NCBI GenBank assembly: GCA_964016885.1
Contig: OZ024744.1
Span: 104,408,001 to 104,472,000, forward strand
Source of the DNA: Eledone cirrhosa
Lineage: Eukaryota
Length of the DNA: 64,000 nt
Direction of reading: 5' to 3'
Part shown: positions 55,601 to 64,000 of the stretch, one piece after another
How the letters are laid out: each line of letters begins with the position of its first letter
Position numbering within the stretch: position 1 is the stretch's first letter
Notes under the pieces: generated by a model
Told to the model about the DNA's origin: nothing
Database searches by the model: none
The model's input: only the letters and a program-made list of their open reading frames with translations
Position numbers and translations under genes: made by a program

Positions 55601-58600
55601 ACTCTATATCAAGTCACAATATCACTCTATACCATGTCACAAAATCTCACTCTATACCATGTCATAATATCTCACTCTATATCCTGTCACAATATCTCAC
55701 TCTATAACATGCCACAATGTCTCACTCTATACCATGTCACAATATCTCACTCTATGCTACGTAATAATATCTCACTCTATACCATGTCACAATATCTCAC
55801 TCTATACCATGTCACAATATCTCACTCTATATCATGTCATAATATTGATATCTCACTCTATACCATGTTATAATATCTCACTGTATAACATGTCACAATA
55901 TTAATATCTCACTGTATAACATGTGACAATATCAATATCTCACTCTATATCATGTCATAGTATTGATACCTCACTCCATACCATGTTATAATATCTCAGT
56001 CTATACCATGTCACAATATCTCACTCTATATCATGTCACAATGTCTCACTCTATATCATGTCACAATATCTCACTCTATAACATTTCACAATATTAGTAT
56101 CTAACTGTAAAACATGTCACAATATTAATATCTCACTGTATAACATGTGACAATAATAATATCTCACTCTATACCATCTCACAATATCTCACTCTATACC
56201 ATGTCATATCTCACTCTATAAAATGTCATAATATCTCACTCTATACCATTTCACAATATCTCACTCTATATCAAGTCACAATATCACTCTATACCATGTT
56301 ACAATATCTCAATCTATACCATGTCATAATATCTCACTCTATATCCTGTCACAATATCTCTCTCTATAACATGCCACAATGTCTCACTCTATACCATGTC
56401 ACAATATCTCACTCTATGCTATGTAATAATATCTCACTCTATACCATGTCACGATATCTCACTCTATACCATGTCACAATATCTCACTCTATATCATGTC
56501 ACAATGTCTCACTCTATATCCTGTCACAATATCTCACTGTATAACATTTCACAATATTAATATCTAACTGTAAAACATGTCACAATATTAATATCTCACT
56601 GTATAACATGTGACAATAATAATATCTCACTCTATACCATGTCATATCTCACTCTATAAAATGTCATAATATCTCACTCTATACCATGTCACAATATCTC
56701 ACTCTATACCATTTCACAATATCTCACTCTATATCAAGGTACAACATCACTCTATACCATGTTACAATATCTCACTCTATACCATGTCATAATATCTCAC
56801 TCTATATCCTGTCACAATATGTCTCTCTATAACATGCCACAATGTCTCACTCTATACCATGTCACAATATCTCACTCTATGCTATGTAATAATATCTCAC
56901 TCTATACCATGTCACAATATCTCACTCTATACCATGTCACAATATCTCACTCTATATCATGTCACAATGTCTCACTCTATATCATGTCACAATATCTCAC
57001 TGTATAACATTTCACAATATTAATATCTAACTGTAAAACATGTCACAATATTAATATCTCACTGTATAACATGTGACAATAATAATATCTCACTCTATAC
57101 CATGTCACAATATCTCACTCTATACCATGTCATATCTCACTCTATAAAATGTCATAATATCTCACTCTATACCATGTCACAATATCTCACTCTATACCAT
57201 TTCACAATATCTCACTCTATATCAAGGTACAAAATCACTCTATACCATGTTACAATATCTCACTCTATACCATGTCATAATATCTCACTCTATATCCTGT
57301 CACAATATCTCTCTCTATAACATGCCACAATGTCTCACTCTATACCCTGTCACAATATCTCACTCTATGCTATTTAATAATATCTCACTCTATACCATGT
57401 CACAATATCTCACTCTATACCATGTCACAATATCTCACTCTATATCATGTCACAATGTCTCACTCTATATCATGTCACAATATCTCACTGTATAACATTT
57501 CACAATATTAATATCTAACTGTAAAACATGTCACAATATTAATATCTCACTGTAGAACATGTGACAATAATAATATCTCACTCTATACCATGTCACAATA
57601 TGTCACTCTGTAACAGGTCATAATATCTCACTCTATAATATCTCCCTCTATATTATATCAGATCTCACTCTATACCATGTCACAATATCTCACTCTATAC
57701 CATGTCATATCTCACTCTATAAAATGTCATAATATCTCACTCTATACCATGTCACAATATCTCACTCTATACCATGTCATATCTCACTCTATAAAATGTC
57801 ATAATATCTCACTCTATACCATGTCACAATATCTCACTCTATACCTTGTCAGAATATCTCACTCTATATCAAGTCACAATATCACTCTATACCATGTCAC
57901 AATATCTCACTCTATACCATGTCATAATATCTCACTCTATATCCTGTCACAATATCTCACTCTATAACATGCCACAATGTCTCACTCTATACCATGTCAC
58001 AATATCTCACTCTATGCTACGTAATAATATCTCACTCTATACCATGTCACAATATCTCACTCTATACCATGTCACAATATCTCACTCTATATCATGTCAT
58101 AGTATTGATACCTCACTCCATACCATGTTATAATATCTCACTCTATAACATGTCACAATATTAATATCTCACTGTATAACATGCTACAGTATTAACATCT
58201 TACTCCATAGCATGTCACAATATTAATATCTCACTGTATAACATGTCACAATATCTCACTCTATATCATGTCACATTATTGATATCTCACTCTATACCAT
58301 GTCACAATATCTCACTTTATACCATGCCATAATATCTCACTCTATACCATGTCATATCTCACTCTATAACCTGTCACAATATCTCACTCTATACCATGTC
58401 ACAATATCTCACTCTATAACATGTCATAATATCTCACTCTATACCATGTTATAATATCTCACTCTATATCATGTCCCAATATCTCACTCTATACCATGTC
58501 ACAATATCTCACTCTGTACCATGTCATTATATCTCACTCTATATCATATCATAATATCTCACTCTATATTATGTCGTAATATCTCACTCTATATCATGTC

Positions 58601-61600
58601 ACAATATTAATATCTCACTGTATAACATGCTACAATATTAACATCTTACTCTATAGCATGTCACAATATTAATATCTCACTGTATAACATGTTACAATAT
58701 CTCACTCTATACCATGTCACAATATCTCACTCTATGCCATGTAATAATATCTCACTCTATATCATGTCACAATATCTCACTGTATAATATGTCATAATAT
58801 CTCACTCTATACCATGTTACAATATCTCAATCTATACCATGTCACAATATTAATATCTCTCACCTTATAACATGTCACAATATATCACTCTATACCATGT
58901 CATAATATCTTACTCTATATCATGTCATAATATTGATATCTCACTCTATACCATGTCATAATTTCTCCCTCTATACCAGGTCACAATATCTCACTCTATA
59001 CCATGTCACAATATCTCACTCTATACCATGTCATATCTCACTCTATAAAATGTCATAATATCTCACTCTATAACATGTCACAATATCTCACTCTATACCA
59101 TTTCACAATATCTCACTCTATATCAAGTCACAATATCACTCTATACCATGTTACAATATCTCACTCTATACCATGTCATAATATCTCACTCTATATCCTG
59201 TCACAATATCTCTCTCTATAACATGCCACAATATCTGACTCTATACCATGTCACAATATCTGACTCTATGCTATGTAATAATATTTCACTCTATACCATG
59301 TCACAATATCTCACTCTATACCATGTTACAATATCTCCCTCTATATCATGTCACAATGTCTCACTCTATATCATGTCACAATATCTCACTGTATAACATT
59401 TCACAATATTAATATCTAACTGTAAAACATGTCACAATATTAATATCTCACTGTATAACATGTGACAATAATAATATCTCACTCTATACCATCTCACAAT
59501 ATCTCACTCTATACCATGTCATATCTCACTCTATAAAATGTCATAATATCTCACTCTATACCATTTCACAATATCTCACTCTATATCAAGTCACAATATC
59601 ACTCTATACCATGTTACAATATCTCAATCTATACCATGTCATAATATCTCACTCTATATCCTGTCACAATATCTCTCTCTATAACATGCCACAATGTCTC
59701 ACTCTATACCATGTCACAATATCTCACTCTATGCTATGTAATAATATCTCACTCTATACCATGTCACAATATCTCACTCTATACCATGTCACAATATCTC
59801 ACTCTATATCATGTCACAATGTCTCACTCTATATCCTGTCACAATATCTCACTGTATAACATTTCACAATATTAATATCTAACTGTAAAACATGTCACAA
59901 TATTAATATCTCACTGTATAACATGTGACAATAATAATATCTCACTCTATACCATGTCACAATATCTCACTCTATACCATGTCATATCTCACTCTATAAA
60001 ATGTCATAATATCTCACTCTATACCATGTCACAATATCTCACTCTATACCATTTCACAATATCTCACTCTATATCAAGGTACAACATCACTCTATACCAT
60101 GTTACAATATCTCACTCTATACCATGTCATAATATCTCACTCTATATCCTGTCACAATATCTCTCTCTATAACATGCCACAATGTCTCACTCTATACCAT
60201 GTCACAATATTTCACTCTATGCTATGTAATAATATCTCACTCTATACCATGTCACAATATCTCACTCTATACCATGTCACAATATCTCACTCTATATCAT
60301 GTCACAATGTCTCACTCTATATCATGTCACAATATCTCACTGTATAACATTTCACAATATTAATATCTAACTGTAAAACATGTCACAATATTAATATCTC
60401 ACTGTAGAACATGTGACAAAAATAATATCTCACTCTATACCATGTCACAATATGTCACTCTGTAACAGGTCATAATATCTCACTCTATAATATCTCCCTC
60501 TATATTATATCATATCTCACTCTATACCATGTCACAATATCTCACTCTATACCATGTCATATCTCACTCTATAAAATGTCATAATATCTCACTCTATACC
60601 ATGTCACAATATCTCACTCTATATCAAGTCACAATATCACTCTATACCATGTTACAATATCTCACTCTATACCATGTCATAATATCTCACTCTATATCCT
60701 GTCACAATATCTCTCTCTATAACATGCCACAATGTCTCACTCTATACAATGTCACAATATCTCACTCTATGATATGTAATAATATTTCACTCTATACCAT
60801 GTCACAATATCTCACTCTATACCATGTCACAATATCTCACTCTATATCATGTCACAATGTCTCACTCTATATCATGTCACAATATCTCACTGTATAACAT
60901 TTCACAATATTAATATCTAACTGTAAAACATGTGACAATATTAATATCTCACTGTATAACATGTGACAATAATAATATCTCACTCTATACCATCTCACAA
61001 TATCTCACTCTATACCATGTCATATCTCACTCTATAAAATGTCATAATATCTCACTCTATACCATTTCACAATATCTCACTCTATATCAAGTCACAATAT
61101 CACTCTATACCATGTTACAATATCTCACTCTATACCATGTCACAATATCTCACTCTATACCATGTCATATCTCACTCTATAAAATGTCATAATATCTCAC
61201 TCTATACCATGTCACAATATCGCACTCTATACCATTTCACAATATCTCACTCTATATCAAGTCACAATATCACTCTATACCATGTCACAATATCTCACTC
61301 TATGCTATGTAATAATATCTCACTCTATACCATGTCACAATATCTCACTCTATACCATGTCACAATATCTCACTCTATATCATGTCACAATGTCTCACTC
61401 TATATCATGTCACAATATGTCACTGTATAACATTTCACAATATTAATATCTAACTGTAAAACATGTCACAATATTAATATCTCACTGTAGAACATGTGAC
61501 AATAATAATATCTCACTCTATACCATGTCACAATATGTCACTCTGTAACAGGTCATAATATCTCACTCTATAATATCTCCCTCTATATTATATCAGATCT

Positions 61601-64000
61601 CACTCTATACCATGTCATATCTCACTCTATAAAATGTCATAATATCTCACTCTATACCATGTCACAATATCTCACTCTATACCATTTCACAATATCTCAC
61701 TCTATACCATGTCATATCTCACTCTATAAAATGTCATAATATCTCACTCTATACCATGTCATAATATCTCACTCTATACCATGTCAGAATATCTCACTCT
61801 ATATCAAGTCACAATATCACTCTATACCATGTCACAATATCTCACTCTATACCATGTCATAATATCTCACTCTATATCCTGTCACAATATCTCACTCCAT
61901 AACATGCCACAATGTCTCACTCTATACCATGTCACAATATCTGACTCTATGCTACGTAATAATATCTCACTCTATACCATGTCACAATATCTCACTCTAT
62001 ACCATGTCACAATATCTCACTCTATATCATGTCATAATATTGATATCTCACTCTATACCATGTTATAATATCTCACTGTATAACATGTCACAACATTAAT
62101 ATCTCACTGTATAACATGTGACAATATCAATATCTCACTCTATATCATGTCATAGTATTGATACCTCACTCCATACCATGTTATAATATCTCACTCTATA
62201 ACATGTCACAATATTAATATCTCACTGTATAACATGCTACAGTATTAACATCTTACTCCATAGCATGTCACAATATTAATATCTTACTGTATAACATGTC
62301 ACAATATCTCACTCTATATCATGTCACAATATTGATATCTCACTCTATACCATGTCACAATATCTCACTTTATACCATGCCACAATATCTCACTCTATAC
62401 CATGTCATATCTCACTCTATAACCTGTCACAATATCTCACTCTATACCATGTCACAATATCTCACTCTATAACATGTCATAATATCTCACTCTATACCAT
62501 GTTATTATATCTCACTCTATCTCATGTCCCAATATCTCACTCTATACCATGTCACAATATCTCACTCTGTACCATGTCATTATATCTCACTCTATATCAT
62601 ATCATAATATCTCACTCTATATTATGTCGTAATATCTCACTCTATATCATGTCACAATATTAATATCTCACTGTATAACATGCTACAATATTAACATCTT
62701 ACTCTATAGCATGTCACAATATTAATATCTCACTGTATAACATGTTACAATATCTCACTCTATACCATGTCACAATATCTCACTCTATGCCATGTAATAA
62801 TATCTCACTCTATATCATGTCACAATATCTCACTGTATAATATGTCATAATATCTCACTCTATACCATGTTACAATATCTCAATCTATACCATGTCACAA
62901 TATTAATATCTCTCACCTTATAACATGTCACAATATATCACTCTATACCATCTCATAATATCTTACTCTATATCATGTCATAATATTGATATCTCACTCT
63001 ATACCATGTCATAAATTCTCCCTCTATACCAGGTCACAATATCTCACTCTATACCATGTCACAATATCTCACTCTATACCATGTCATATCTCACTCTATA
63101 AAATGTCATAATATCTCACTCTATACCATGTCACAATATCTCACTCTATACCATTTCACAATATCTCACTCTATATCAAGTCACAATATCACTCTATACC
63201 ATGTTACAATATCACTCTATACCATGTTACAATATCTCACTCTATACCATGTCATAATATCTCACTCTATATCCTGTCACAATATCTCTCTCTATAACAT
63301 GCCACAATATCTCACTCTATACGATGTCACAATATCTCACTCTATGCTATGTAATAATATTTCACTCTATACCATATCACAATATCTCACTCTATACCAT
63401 GTCACAATATCTCACTCTATATCATGTCACAATGTCTCACTCTACATCATGTCACAATATCTCACTGTATAACATTTCACAATATTAATATCTAACTGTA
63501 AAACATGTCACAATATTAATATCTCACTGTATAACATGTGACAATAATAATATCTCACTCTATACCATCTCACAATATCGCACTCTATACCATGTCATAT
63601 CTCACTCTATAAAATGTCATAATATCTCACTCTATACCATTTCACAATATCTCACTCTATATCAAGTCACAATATCACTCTATACCATGTTACAATATCT
63701 CAATCTATACCATGTCATAATATCTCACTCTATATCCTGTCACAATATCTCTCTCTATAACATGCCACAATGTCTCACTCTATACCATGTCACAATATCT
63801 CACTCTATGCTATGTAATAATATCTCACTCTATACCATGTCACAATATCTCACTCTATACCATGTCACAATATCTCACTCTATATCATGTCACAATGTCT
63901 CACTCTATATCCTGTCACAATATCTCACTGTATAACATTTCACAATATTAATATCTAACTGTAAAACATGTCACAATATTAATATCTCACTGTATAACAT
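28601..64000. repeat. Satellite B: 25-bp monomer CAYAA-TATCT-CACTC-TATAC-CATGT with 22/23/31-bp variants and higher-order repeats; runs off the window end
   Basis: Over 35 kb of tandem monomers with no visible insertion; recurrent ORF offsets reveal HOR periods. Confidence 0.98.

Noticed and set aside
23200-64000. Numerous His/Tyr/Thr/Cys/Ser-rich ORFs up to 435 aa
   Set aside because: They are translations of a G-poor 25-bp satellite, open in several overlapping frames, with no gene structure.

Overview
Repeat-dominated, AT-rich animal genomic DNA with no recognisable host gene, RNA gene or CRISPR array. The SINE and RTE motifs resemble those I associate with octopus/cephalopod genomes; this is an inference. 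Bases 1-23.1 kb are a patchwork of decayed retroelements. These include two copies of one RTE-clade LINE with a PHD-type finger inside the RT, other RTE fragments, a LINE 3' end nested with an 8-bp TSD, and a Penelope-like element with a GIY-YIG domain and a minimal hammerhead motif. There are also tRNA-headed SINEs, bipartite RTE-derived non-autonomous elements, MITE-like elements, (TA)n tracts, a 289-bp palindrome and several minisatellites, one grown from the RTE 5' region. From about 23.15 kb to the window end lies a satellite of 25-bp monomers built from 5-bp blocks. It has two abutting subfamilies (switch near 28.6 kb) and nested higher-order repeats from 125 bp to about 8.5 kb. The many His/Tyr/Thr/Cys-rich ORFs are translations of tandem repeats, not genes. 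I see no clear new multi-gene system. The best leads are the PHD-in-RT LINE, the TE-seeded minisatellite, the hammerhead motifs and the satellite architecture. Element boundaries were read by eye and are approximate unless stated.
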